Source: Eledone cirrhosa (taxonomy: Eukaryota). Taken from it: 64,000 nt of DNA. Every line of letters begins with the position of its first letter. Within the stretch, counting starts at the first letter, position 1. The notes beneath the pieces were generated by a model, which was not told the DNA's origin, did not search any database, and worked only from the letters and a program-made list of their open reading frames with translations. The position numbers and the translations under genes were made by a program. The DNA lies in assembly GCA_964016885.1 (NCBI GenBank), contig OZ024742.1:100626001-100690000 (forward strand). The letters are read 5' to 3'. Below, piece after piece: positions 12,101-25,372 of the stretch.

Positions 12101-13991
12101 CATACACATATGTGTGCATATATACATACATTTGTTAATATTTTTGCACATGTGCATGTGTGTGTGTGTGTGTTATGTTGGTTGTGGGTGTGGTAATGCA
12201 TGTGTGTTTAATAGATCTCCAGTCCTGCCTTTTTTGTTATTGTTTTTTTATATAATTCAGCAGCAGTAGTAGAAGACAGAGAAATATTTCAAACAAACAA
12301 GAGAGAAAGAGAGGAAAGAAAGAAAGTGAGTGAGAAAGAGTCATCAATGTGATGTGAACAAAAGATCATCTTCTCTTCATAAAATGAATGCAACAGCACT
12401 GACATTTTCCCCCAAGTATATTATGGTTTGTTTGCTTTCTGTGAGTCTCCTTTCAGAACAAACTTTGCAGTGAAGTCAGTAAGTAGATCCCACAACTCTA
12501 TTTTGTGGGTATGAAACCAATCATTGAATTAATTCAAACCACACGCATGGCCACCAACGTTTGGTGATCCTTTTTTGGGAACTGTTAGTTCAACATAAAC
12601 ATAACATTTTGATTATGGCTTGTTTATGTTGTTGTTTTTCATAGTGTTCAGGGACTTTTACAGGAATAGTTCTGTTTCATTTACTCATGAAATTGTCAGT
12701 AAGCTTAAATTCTAAGCTTAACTCTTTTAGGGTTCAATTTAATTAATTAATGAAGAATTTTGAGGGATTTACTAAAATTATTATTTATTTCATTAGTAAA
12801 ATTGAAACTTAACATATGGTTCTTATATAAAATTATGGTGAAATATTTTAATTTAAATAGAAACTCCTTAAAATGGGTGGTTTTGTTTCATAGAACCAAA
12901 GCTGGTTTTGGCTGGGTTGGTGAAACCCAAATCTTGAACCCAAACTTTTTCTACATGCTTAGGTGGATTTGAGGTCACTGCATCCATAGCCAAACAGAAT
13001 AAATTGGAGAAATAGCATATAAAGAAATATTGTTTAATACAGTGTATGTTTAATATGTATGTGTCTGTTTTATGTTTGTGCACATTTTTGTATATATCTG
13101 TGTTGTTTTTTTTTTGTTTTTTTTTTAGTTTTTTTTATATGAGTGTTCTACAGATGGTGTTTCTCTTTATTGTATAATAACTAGAGATAAAAAGACAGAC
13201 AGATGAATTGAAGTATATGTACAAATAGAGAGATAGAGGGGGTGGGGGTGAGACTAGCAGAGGAGGATAGTTAGATACAGATGGACATCTCAAACAGAAA
13301 TTTGCTTCTGAGCATATGCTGTTTATTTTTTTTTTACCTTGTTTTGGTTCATTTCTGTTATCATTGTGCATGTATTACAGGAAATCATGACAGACTAGCA
13401 TTCATTTAAATTTACATTGTAAACACACAGCTACACACACAAATATCATTATTATTTAATACCCAATTTTTCATATATATAAGTAAAAGTTTTACACAAG
13501 ACTGTTTAGATGAGCAAAATATATCTCCCGGAGACAGCATCCAACCAGAGAACTAATTTATGGCAACTTGCGCCTGGTTTCTTCATTGGTGAAAGCTGTG
13601 TGGGTTCAGTTTCCAGGCCATTCGTGTAGAGCAGAAAGAGAAACAATATCATCGCTCAACCTCTGGAGACCCCAACTCCATGGTCATAGAAGTAAGAAAC
13701 TTACATTTAGGGATGTCAAAATCCATGCTATAGGATTACTTAAGTTAGTTCCCTTAACAATATTAGTTTTTAGATATACTATAGAGAAATGTCTGGCTCA
13801 GAAAGAATGAATAAATATCTCACTTGTTTACATATAAGGTCTTTAGTTTTATGAATAGATATATATATAAATACACACGCACGTGTATATATGTATATAT
13901 ATACATATATATATATATTTTTTTGGGGTGGGGTCGATCGACTTTCGTCAAATCGGACCGAGGAAACAATGTTTCCGTTGGTCATTCCAAC

Positions 13992-14024
<33 letters not shown>

Positions 14025-14049
14025 TATGTATACATATGTATATGTATAC

Positions 14050-14084
<35 letters not shown>

Positions 14085-14090
14085 CATATC

Positions 14091-14166
<76 letters not shown>

Positions 14167-14281
14167 CAGTTCCCGTATGAGCAAGACAAGGTCAGCCGAC
14201 TGGACACTGCCTACAACAGGACAACCCGTCTAACCCATGCTAGCGTGGAAGAACGGCCGTAAAACGGTGATGATGATGATG

Positions 14282-14337
<56 letters not shown>

Positions 14338-14703
14338 TATACATATACATATATATATATATACATACATATACACTCACACCCAATGAACATTGGTCAT
14401 CGGCTGATGATATGAGTGCTTCCTGACCAAGGCTATGTTCACTGAGGGTGAATAAATGTGAGCCATCTTCTTGAAAATGTAAATTATACCATGTGTGTGT
14501 GTGTGTAATGTGAAACAGCAGGCTGTGTGTTGAGAGACCACATCTAATGTTGTGATAAGCAGTCTGGAGTGTTCCAACTTCCTGTCAAAGTACATGATAG
14601 TTTGTCATTACATGAAGACTATCACTGTACCAACATCTAGCTCTCATTTCTGTTAAACTTTTCCTTACCAAACATTTCTTTTATTTCAAATATATAGAGA
14701 GAG

Positions 14704-14800
14704 AGGGTGTCCCCAAAAATGTATACACACTTTGATTACCTGTACAGACAATATTTATTAGAATGCTACTGAAGTGTGTATACATTTTTCGGGACACCTT
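14704..14800. mobile_element. Tc1/mariner-type MITE of ~97 bp
   Basis: TIRs of ~28 bp, AGGGTGTCCCCAAAAATGTATACACACTT and AAGTGTGTATACATTTTTCGGGACACCTT, lie next to a TA tract. Confidence 0.8.
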
Positions 14801-14850
14801 ATATATATATATATATATATATGGGTTTTTAACTCAGTTTTTTTAATTTG

Positions 14851-14914
<64 letters not shown>

Positions 14915-14920
14915 TATACG

Positions 14921-14967
<47 letters not shown>

Positions 14968-14973
14968 TATACG

Positions 14974-15046
<73 letters not shown>

Positions 15047-15052
15047 TATACG

Positions 15053-15091
<39 letters not shown>

Positions 15092-15104
15092 CGTATATAT
15101 ATAC

Positions 15105-15137
<33 letters not shown>

Positions 15138-15139
15138 CG

Positions 15140-15213
<74 letters not shown>

Positions 15214-15350
15214 CAAAGAGGGTGTGGTAAAATACCAGGTGAACCATAACGCACCAGAGTACTCAATATTTAGGGTAGTAAAGTGGGTAATATGAAGAGA
15301 GTCAGGAACTCGACAGCTGAGCTCCGGCTTTTTTTTATGAATATATATAC

Positions 15351-15403
<53 letters not shown>

Positions 15404-15421
15404 TATATATACATATATATA

Positions 15422-16026
15422 TCATCATCATCATCATCATCAACGTTTAACGTCCGTGTTCCACGCTTGCATGGGTTTGGACGGGGGTAGTCCCACTTGA
15501 GGCAAGAGTGATTGTCTTGCTCGCATAGGACTGTCTGGCAGGTTTTCTACAGCTGGATGCCCTTCCTAACACCAACCACATTTACAGTGTGGGTCTGGGA
15601 GGTTTTTACCGTGTTGCCTACACGGCCACATTACAGCGTGGACTGTGTGTTTTTTTGTCATGACACCTACACGATCTCATTTGTTTCGGCCTCGATGGCG
15701 CGGCACCAACATAACTTTACATAGAACGGGGTGGTGTGGATGGGGTGGGGGTGGAGGTGGTGGGACGGGGTGTATTTTGTTAGAGATGCCTACTGGCTGG
15801 AGTAGGTTTTACTATATATTTAGGTAAGGCGGGTCTTCTCTGTTACTGAGTACCGCCAAAGGTCTCGGTCCAGTGACATTGTCTTGGAGAGGTGTAAGTG
15901 TGTGATGTCGGAGTTTATCAGCTCGTCCCAGGTTTTTCTAGGTCTGCCTATTCCGTGACTACCGTCTATCTTTATTGCCCTGCACTTTGTTATACAGCTA
16001 TCGACTTTCATGCGCATCACGTGTCC
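15422..16026 (-). mobile_element. 3' fragment of an RTE LINE (same family as 36635-40835)
   Basis: Encodes HVMRMKVDSCITKCRAIKIDGSHGIGRPRKTWDELINSD...KTRLT, followed by the shared 3' UTR and a (GAT)n tail. Confidence 0.9.
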
Positions 16027-16091
<65 letters not shown>

Positions 16092-16112
16092 TATATATAT
16101 ATATATATATAT

Positions 16113-16470
16113 ATACTCTTTTACTCTTTTACCTGTTCCAGCCATCCGGCTGAGGCCATGCTGGGGCACCGCCCTTGTTGCTACACATTTTATCTCCAGC
16201 CGGTATTGGTTGGCCACTGGTGCAAGAGGGAGTTTGTTGCTGTGGGCTCATCTGGGATCCTAGATAGCAAGGGGTTGAGATGTTTCTTGAAGACATCCAC
16301 CTCCACACCATGCAAATCTCTCAGATCCCTCGGCAGCTTGTTGAAGAGTTGAGGGCCCTTGAATCCCAGGCTATTGCAATACCTGCTCCTTATTCTAGAT
16401 GTGGAAGACGGAACCTTTGGCACCGCACAGTGACAACCTGTTCGACGGTTGGTCCAGCTCCCAATGCCAA
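16113..16470 (-). mobile_element. 3' fragment of a CR1/L2-group LINE
   Basis: Encodes NSLGFKGPQLFNKLPRDLRDLHGVEVDVFKKHL..LLSRIPDEP, a typical CR1-group C-terminus, and ends in a (TAAAAGAG)n tail. Confidence 0.75.
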
Positions 16471-16627
16471 AGTTTGGTGCTAGTCCCTATATATATATTC
16501 TTTCTCTACTTCATTATATCCCCCCCTCCTACTATTTTTACCTTAATGTTTCTCTTCCTCCCCTTCCTCCACTACACACATTGTCTCTCCTTCTCTTCCT
16601 TTCCCTATCACCTTTTTCAGATATTCT

Positions 16628-16668
<41 letters not shown>

Positions 16669-17230
16669 TCAGACTTTTTTCCCTTACTTTTTCTTTTTGC
16701 TCTCCCTCTCTCTCTCTTCTTCTCCCTAAATAGTTTGTGTTTAGATTCCCAATGAATCTTGCTGTACTATTTATATAGCAGCTCTCTCTTCCTCACCCTT
16801 TTATTCTCGCCCCCCCACCCACCCACCTTATTATTCCTGTCATAACCCCCCATTCTCTCTCCCCTTCCTCCCTCCTTATCTATCTGCTTATCTTTCTCAC
16901 TATCTATCTCTTTCTCTCATTATCTTCCTCTAACTATCTACCTCTCTCTCTCACTTCCTCTCTATCTCTATGTCAGACCCACTCACACCTGTATCAATGT
17001 CAAGAGCTTCTCACTATTGCAACTTTTCTCTTCACCTTTCAACCGGAAAACAAGCCTAAATCTGTGTGTGTGTGTGGGGGGGGGGGGGGAACCATCCTGT
17101 CTGTTGTGTGTTGATATGTATGTATGTATGTATATATGTAATGTTTTGTTTGTTGTGTGTTAGTATATATATGTGTGCATGTTCTATTTGGAGTTGTATG
17201 TATGGTATAGTTGTTGTGAAGTGTGTTTGT

Positions 17231-17262
<32 letters not shown>

Positions 17263-17306
17263 CACACACAATCTCTTGTCTGGTGCAGTATAAAAAATTA
17301 AAAAAA

Positions 17307-17520
17307 GGCGTATGGCTGAGTGGTTAGGGAATTGGATTTGCAATCTTGAGGTTGTGAGTTTGATTCCTGGACCGACCGATGCATTATGTCCTTGAGCAAG
17401 ACACTTTATTTCACGTTGCTCCTTCTACCTGGAGTTGCAACCGATAGATAGTATTAGCAACCGGAAAGACCAACGGAAACATTGTTTCCTCGGTCCAATT
17501 TGACGAAAGTTGATCGATCC
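17307..17520 (+). mobile_element. tRNA-derived CORE-type SINE with a structured 3' module
   Basis: It has an A box TGGCTGAGTGG, a B box GAGTTTGATTCC and a CORE-like TGTCCTTGAGCAAGACACTTTATTTCACGTTGCTCC. Related heads are at 30602, 49315, 51989 and 57822 (+) and at 29488 and 2065 (-). Confidence 0.8.
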
Positions 17521-18110
17521 TTTTGGAGCAGTATGTGTGAGGATAATAGGGGTGATATGTGAGTGTGTGTACGTTTATGTGTGGGGGTGTAGTATGGGAT
17601 TGTAAGGGTACGCTGTCTTTAAATGAGGAAGTTAAACCAGGTGAAGATGTTAGACATAGGGTGGCACATGTCAATTATATATTTACTTTATAAGTTTTAT
17701 ACAACATATTCTGAGGCTAATATAAAAAGCACCCAGTCTATACTGGTTGGTGTGAGGAAAGGTATCCAACCATAGAAACCAAGGCAAAGTACAGATCTGT
17801 ATGAGTATGACATAGTCCCTGAACCTGACTTATCACATAACAGGACAGCCCGTCCATGCAAGCATGGACAATGAACATTAAACAATGATGGCAATGTAAT
17901 TTGTATGTACGTGGTATACATATGTATATATATATATATATGTATGTATATAAACATATCTATGAAAATATACATATATGTATGTATATATGCATATATG
18001 TATACATGTGAGTATATATATATATATATGTATATATGCATATATGTATACATGTGTGCATATATATATATATATGCATATATATATGCATATATATATA
18101 TATATATATA

Positions 18111-18147
<37 letters not shown>

Positions 18148-20905
18148 TTATTTATTCATTTATATACTCATATGTTATAGTTTATGTCCTCAACACAGAA
18201 GTGTTACTACCATTGGTTTCCAACCACGCAGGTGGCTTAATACTTTAGCTCTGTACTTCACAAAAATTTCTCTATTCCCTATATCCTATTCAACAGAACC
18301 TTTCAATACTATATATAATGTCTGATGTGAAGCTGTGAACGTTGTTTGTTGGTGTACACAGTTTTGTCGGTTAATCTCTGTCCTCTACTTTATTACATAA
18401 ATCATATTTAATAAAAATTTCTTTCTTTTCTTTTCAGTTCAGAACTGTCAGCTGGAAACTCAGGTAAATATTGGTTACTTCCTTCTTCTTCTTCTTCTTC
18501 TTCTTCTTCTTCTTCTTCTTCTTCTTCTTCTTCTTCTTTTTCTTCTTCTTCCAACGCCAGTATAGCATTAGACAAAATGCCTTACATTGTTTAATTATAT
18601 CCCCTTTACATTCTAATTTCAAATCCCACCACTGTCTATCTAATTGTTTGCCTTAATCTGTCACCCAGTTTACCACCATCACCTTGCCCTTGGTTGTCTT
18701 TAGCAGGGTCTACTCCTTTGCTAGCATTCAGACCAAGTTCCTGGTTTGAGGATAACTTTGTCTCTCCCATCAATCTGGAAGGCCCTAAAAACGGTCATGG
18801 CCAATGCCATTCCCTCTTCCCTAAGATTCAAAGTGCACTCCCCCTTCCTCCAGACATGCTAAATAATAAAATTGATAAAAATGTATTATTATTCTCATTG
18901 TAGTAAACCTTGTTTGTTTCAGCATCATCATCATCATCATCATTGTATTCACAATTTGATATCATCACCACACTCATCATCATCAATACCCCCATCACAA
19001 TAACCACAATCATCAGTGCCTCTTCTACAATAAAATAATATATTTACCATTAAATGTTTGTAAATAATGAAAAATTCTTGGTGGTTATTTTTTGTTTTGT
19101 TTTTGTTGCCCCCACCCTAATGATTGATCATCTGACAGTGCCATAAGGGTGGCACAGCACTGTCTCCACCACCCCCAACCCAAACACATACATATACCCA
19201 GAACTAATAAACATTGGCTGGTAATTACATATTTATATTTGAGATGATTTATCATCAGAAAAGTTTGAGATGTTTTTTAGACAACAACAACAACAGTAAT
19301 AATAATACTACTAATAATGGGACAATTTTTAGTGTATCAGGAAATTCTCAGTGTGAGACAGGAAATGGTTTTAATCAGAAATGGACTCACAGGATGACAT
19401 GGTGACATTAGTATTTCGGAAATATTCAAACAATGATTATAATCATCAAAATCATTTTATGCCTCGTTTATTTATTTTGTTTTTCCATGCTTGCATGGGT
19501 TGGATACGTGTTTTCCACCACAGAGTCCGTTTGTCATCTCTTTTTTGTGGTTTAGTGTTCTAAGATCAGCTCTCAACACTTTAGCCCGTGTCTTCCCTGT
19601 TTTTTTTCCTCTATCGCACCTTCCTTTCACTCAACAATCATCATTCATATGCATTACATGACCACACCAGCTCAGCCTTCTCTTTTTCGCACTCCATCTG
19701 ATTTTTTTTTATTCCTAGTTTATCTCTCATCTCTTCCATGCTTCATCATTCATGCACACTACCATGACACATTTAACAATTTAACAGAGATATGCTCAAT
19801 TCATTTCTCTCTAATTATCACATATCCTCTCTAGTTATCATATATCCTCTGTATTCATGGCCCATGTTGCATTACCAATCAACATCTCACTTTGCACATA
19901 GGAATCATACACTCTACTCTTTGCCTGAGATAGTATTTTGAAGGTGTCATACAGAATATATAGAGAATATTATATATAGATTTAGCCCAGCCATTTACTG
20001 TATGTATAAAGTCTAAAATGGACACAGGCATCGCTGAATAGTTATGAGGTCCTGGGTTCAATCCCAATGTGTGGCATCCAGAGCAATTGATATTAATATA
20101 GCCTCAGGTTGACTGAAGACTTTTCAGGGAAATTGGGTAGACAGAAACTGGAAGTTTCTTTTGTTTGTAACCATGATGTTTCATGTTTGATTCTATTGCA
20201 TAGCACCTTGGGTAAGAACTACTACTATATCTTTCAACTGACAAATATGTTGTGAAGGAATTTTGGAAAATAGAGACTGTATGGAAATCTGACTTGCATA
20301 TTCTAGATTCTTGAGTCACTGGTATAGCTGCATGAATATGATAAATTATCATTCCACTCATATAGAGTTTGGTTTCTCCCATTTCTACAAGTAAGCCTAT
20401 GTTCAGAACTCCATTAGTTCCAATGACAAGTGCTCCAGTTGTTTGAAGAGAAAGTTCAGCCAGCTCATTAAATTAATGTGTAAAAATATATGATATATGT
20501 CTTCATTTGTAAGAATTTATAATGCATGTATGAACCTGTAATTCCTGATGGAGTCGCAGTTGCACCAGCATAACATACAGCATATCTTTAACCCTAGCAT
20601 AATCCATCCCCTCACCAGGTCTGAACACAGTCAATTTCTTCCAAAGAAGGGATTAGAGAGAGAGGAAGCATCGACCCCAATATTCAACTCAAACTTTCAT
20701 TATTGACATCAAAAGGAAGTTGACCTCAGTGGGACTTGAACACAGAGAGTGCAGAAAGCCAGAATGAATACTGCAAAGCAATTTATCTGGCATTCTGATA
20801 TTTCTGCCAGTTTGCCACCTCTTTGAATGTATACACTCACACTCACACACACATATATATATATATACATACATAACATATATATATATACACGCACACA
20901 CACAC

Positions 20906-20976
<71 letters not shown>

Positions 20977-21252
20977 GGCGCACACATATATATTTACTGA
21001 GAGAGGGAGAGAGAGTAAGATTTATAATTAGGCATGATTGCATCTATAAAATATGTGTTTCAGTATCCATATACAAATGCAAATATGTGTATGTGTGTAT
21101 AACATGTATAAATAATATGTATATATTTATATTCTCCTTTATGTGTATTGCCAACCAACAATGTAGCAATGTAGAATATTTAATAAAATGGTGTAATCAT
21201 ATACACAAACGCATATGCAAACTCCTTTACAGCACTCACATATACACATACA

Positions 21253-21288
<36 letters not shown>

Positions 21289-21346
21289 CATATATATATA
21301 TGTGTGTGTGTGTGTGTGTATATATGTATGTGTGTGTATATATATA

Positions 21347-21381
<35 letters not shown>

Positions 21382-21502
21382 GTATGTATATATATATATA
21401 TGTGTGTGCGTATATATATATATATATATGTATGTATATATATATATATAAATATATATGTATATATATATATATATATAAATATATATGTATATATATA
21501 TT

Positions 21503-21548
<46 letters not shown>

Positions 21549-21589
21549 TATAATACATATGCATATATACACACATATCAACACCATCA

Positions 21590-21626
<37 letters not shown>

Positions 21627-21909
21627 ATACATATGCATATATACACACATATCAACAGCATCAATTGGCAACATTTAATACAAGTGATGTCTATTGTCTG
21701 AAGTCATTTAATAAATGTATATATTTATGTATGCACATATCTTGTGGTGTGCACCACACCCAAGTCTTTGTGTGAGAGAGTGTGCCACCCTGCTCCCTTA
21801 CCTTGTCTTGTCTTTTTCTCTCTGAAGTGGCGTCTGCACACCCAGTCGCATGGAGGAGTCAGCCAAATTTAGAAGGTCAGCCAGCCTTTATTTTCCTTTC
21901 TGCTTCAGT

Positions 21910-23380
21910 GTTGTGGTGGTTGTGGTGGTGGTTGTGGTGGTGGTGGTGGTGGTGGTGATGGTGGTGGTGGTGGTGACTGGGTGGTGGTGGTGGTGGTGGA
22001 CATGGTGACTGCGTGGTGGTGATGGTGGTGGTGGTGGTGGTGGTGGTTGTGGTGGTGGTTGTGGTGGTGGTGGTGGTGGTGGTGTTAGACATGGTGACTG
22101 GGTGGTGGTGGTGGTGGACATGGTGACTGGGTGGTGGTGGTGGTGGTGGTGGACATGGTGACTGGGTGGTGGTGGTGGTGTTAGACATGGTGACTGGGTG
22201 GTGGTGGTGTTAGACATGGTGACTGGGTGGTGGTGGTGGTGTTAGACATGGTGACTGGGTGGTGGTGGTGTTAGACATGGTGACTGGGTGGTGGTGGTGG
22301 TGGACATGGTGACTGGGTGGTGGTGGTGGTGGTGGTGGACATGGTGACTGGGTGGTGGTGGTGGTGTTAGACATGGTGACTGGGTGGTGGTGGTGTTAGA
22401 CATGGTGACTGGGTGGTGGTGGTGGTGGACATGGTGACTGGGTGGTGGTGGTGGTGGTGGTGGACATGGTGACTGGGTGGTGGTGGTGGTGTTAGACATG
22501 GTGACTGGGTGGTGGTGGTGTTAGACATGGTGACTGGGTGGTGGTGGTGGTGTTAGACATGGTGACTGGGTGGTGGTGGTGGTGGACATGGTGACTGGGT
22601 GGTGGTGGTGGTGGTGGTGGTGGACATGGTGACTGGGTGGTGGTGGTGGTGTTGGAAATGGTGACTGGGTGGTGGTGGTGGTGGTGTTGGACATGGTGAC
22701 TGCGTGGTGGTGATGGTGGTGGTGATAGTGATGGTGGTGGTGGTGGTGGTGGTGGTTTTGGACATGGTGACTGTGTCTGATGGTGGTGGATGTTGTGATT
22801 GTTGTGGTGGTGACTGTGTGCTAGTGGTGGTGGTGGTGGTGATGTATAGTGATTGTTGTGGTGGTAGGGGTGACTGTGTGGTAGTGGCGGTGGTGGTGGT
22901 GTATAGTGGTTGTTGTGGTGGCGGCGGTGGTGGTGGTGGTGGTGGTGGTGATGGTGGTGACTGTGTGGTAGTGGTGGTGGTGAATGTGTGTGGTGGTGGT
23001 GGATGTGGTGATTGTTGTGGTGGTGACTGTGTGGTAGTGGTGGTGGTAGTGGTGGTGGTGGTGGTGGTGGTGGTGGTGTAGGGTGATTGTTGTGGTGGTG
23101 ACTATGTGGTGATGGTGGTGGTGACTGTGTAGTGGTGGTGGTGGTGGTGGAGGTGATGTATGGTGGTTGTTGTTGTGGTAGTGGTGGTGGTGGTGACTGT
23201 GTGGTAGTGGTGATGTATGGTTGTTGTTGTTGTTGTTGTGGTGGTGGTGGTGACTGTGTTGTTGTGGTGGTGGTGGTGGTACATGGTGGTTGGTGTGGTG
23301 GTGGTGGTGGTGGTGGTGAGTGTGTTGTGGTGGTGGTGGTGGTGGTGGTTGTACATGGTGGTTGGTGGTGGTGGTGGTGG
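21910..23380. repeat. (GGT)n field containing a GACATGGTGACTGG-(GGT)n minisatellite (~21998-22772)
   Basis: About 20 copies of GACATGGTGACTG are separated by variable GGT runs. Confidence 0.95.
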
Positions 23381-23755
23381 TGTATTGTGATGACTGTGTG
23401 TATGTGGTGGGGGTGGATGTTAAAGTTGGGTGGGTAGGGGGAGAGCTGGTTGGTGTGGCGGGGGTGTAGTTTGCAGTATGTGATGTGTGTGTGTGTGTGT
23501 GTGGTGATAGTAGGTGGTCTGTGTATGTTTTTTTCAGGCTTGTGTGTGGCAATGATGATGTTGGTAGGGTGGTGATGTGTAGGGGAAGTAGTGGTATTGG
23601 AGGTGGGGTTGGAGGACAGGAGATGACAATACTAATAATGGAGTGATTAGATGGTGTAACATCAGCAGAAATGATGGTAGTGATGTTAATAATAATGATG
23701 ATGATGATTGCTGAGCTGCCTTTTGTTATTGTTCATTCATCCCTAATTCCTCACT

Positions 23756-23793
<38 letters not shown>

Positions 23794-24140
23794 TTACTAA
23801 TATTAGCTCTACAGTTGATAGGTAAGTAAGTGGCTCTTAACTCTTGATTGAGTCATAGGGTTGACCCCTCACACAACCTTCTCTTGGTTGGCACAGCTGA
23901 TTTCTTCCAGAGAAAGTATCGATCCCCAGTACTGGGCTAGTACTTTTATTTATTGATCCTGAAAGGATAAAATGCAAAGTTGACATAGGCGGAATTTGAA
24001 CTCAGAGTGCAGTGAGCCAGAACAAATACCAAATTATTTTTAATCCAATTCACTTCTGTCAAATTGCTGCCTTCTACAATTAACAACAACAATATCTTCC
24101 TCCCACAAATTCTGAGTTAAAAGATGGCACCATTTATTTG

Positions 24141-24358
24141 TCTTTAGCATTTAAACCGGCCATATCTGGTCAGAATTCTCTCACCTCTTTCTGTTCAAAC
24201 CGGATATAATTGGCCACTCATACTTACGTATTGTTCAATAAGTATGTATTGTTCTCAAAATAGATATCAAAATCTCATAGATTCGATATTATGTGAGATA
24301 AAGTGTTTACTGTGAAAATACATAGTAAATATGATTAATGTAAATATTAAAGGGTTAA
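24141..24358. mobile_element. TTAA-type (piggyBac-like) MITE, an inverted relative of 30334-30564
   Basis: Ends are CTTTAGCATTTAAACCGGCCATATCTGG and TAAATATTAAAGGG-TTAA. Confidence 0.7.
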
Positions 24359-25094
24359 ATATTTATGAAACATGCCCCATAATATATATATAGGAATAAA
24401 GTGCTATTGTCATGTAACTGAGGTTGGCTATGATCAAATTCTGGGCAATAGTATCTGTTAATTATGCCCTAAGCTTATCTATAATTATTTTGCTCCCAAA
24501 CTGCAGGAAACTGTCTATGGTTCTATGATACAACTTTATTTGTTTTAATGTGTTTATCATCATAGTTTAATGTCTATTTTCCATGCTTGCATTGGTTGGA
24601 CAGGTTGGTACACACTGAGGTTAGAATTGTCAGGTGACCATGTCATGTTTGTATGCTCCATTTTTGGTTAGATATCCCTCCTAATGTCAATCACTTGCAT
24701 GTACTCGAAGCATTTTGTCATGCCTCAGGCAATCCCAACTTAGAGGGTGACTGGGTGGTTTTTTCCTGGCACCAGCACTACTAATTTACAAGGTGGACTG
24801 AGTGCTTTTTTTTTTTCTAAAAATCGTCCATCATAGTTTTATGTAAGAAAATTTAAGTTATGCTCCAAATACCAATTTAATGAGAAATTTAATTATATCA
24901 TTATATCTTAACTCAATTTTTTAATATCTTCAAAAAATGTTCATTATTTTCAAAATTAATTAAAAATTATAGGTAGTGTATTTTATTAGAAATATGGTGA
25001 TGAGAGGCTTAACAGTTAAGTGGCATTGTAGATTAAAAAAACATTTTCTTCATAGAAATATACAAAAAAAGACTTATCAAGAAATCATTAACAT

Positions 25095-25372
25095 CTGGGC
25101 GTGTTTACTGCACAGATCGCTGACTCATTCTCTCCATTCTGTCTGGTCTGCCATTGCTCATGATAGTTCAGCTCAGGTACACTCAGAATCCTCACACAGT
25201 TGCTTTATGTAGGTGTGATATGGTCTACTAACATTTGTGTAGCCATGCTTCAGTTCGCAAAGAAGAACATTGCTGATGATCTCAACCTTTACTCTCCTGC
25301 AATGTCCAATAAATCTTATTCTTCTTTCTCTGATGTCGTTTGATATTGCTGGTAAATTACCATGGAGAAGTT
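25095..25372 (-). mobile_element. Degenerate RTE/RTE-X-group LINE 3' fragment
   Basis: LPAISNDIRERRIRFIGHCRR...EIISNVLL...RPYHTYIKQLCED matches the RRLRFAGH...GRP..TY..QL C-terminal pattern. Confidence 0.65.

Noticed and set aside
12420-12484. Plus-strand TTTCAG|22 nt|GTAAGT micro-exon candidate
   Set aside because: It is isolated, not frame-preserving and has no supporting neighbours, and such matches are expected by chance in 64 kb.
13510-13700. Unique, moderately GC-rich island with a possible 75-nt plus-strand exon (AIRVEQKEKQ...MVIE|GTAAGA)
   Set aside because: There is no recognisable homology, and several frames on both strands are equally plausible.
17307-17380. tRNA-like sequences (also at 30602, 49315, 51989 and 57822)
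   Set aside because: They are degenerate and run directly into CORE-like SINE bodies, so they are SINE heads and not tRNA genes.
21998-22772. Repeat-spacer pattern superficially like a CRISPR array
   Set aside because: The spacers are only (GGT)n, the context is eukaryotic and there are no cas genes.
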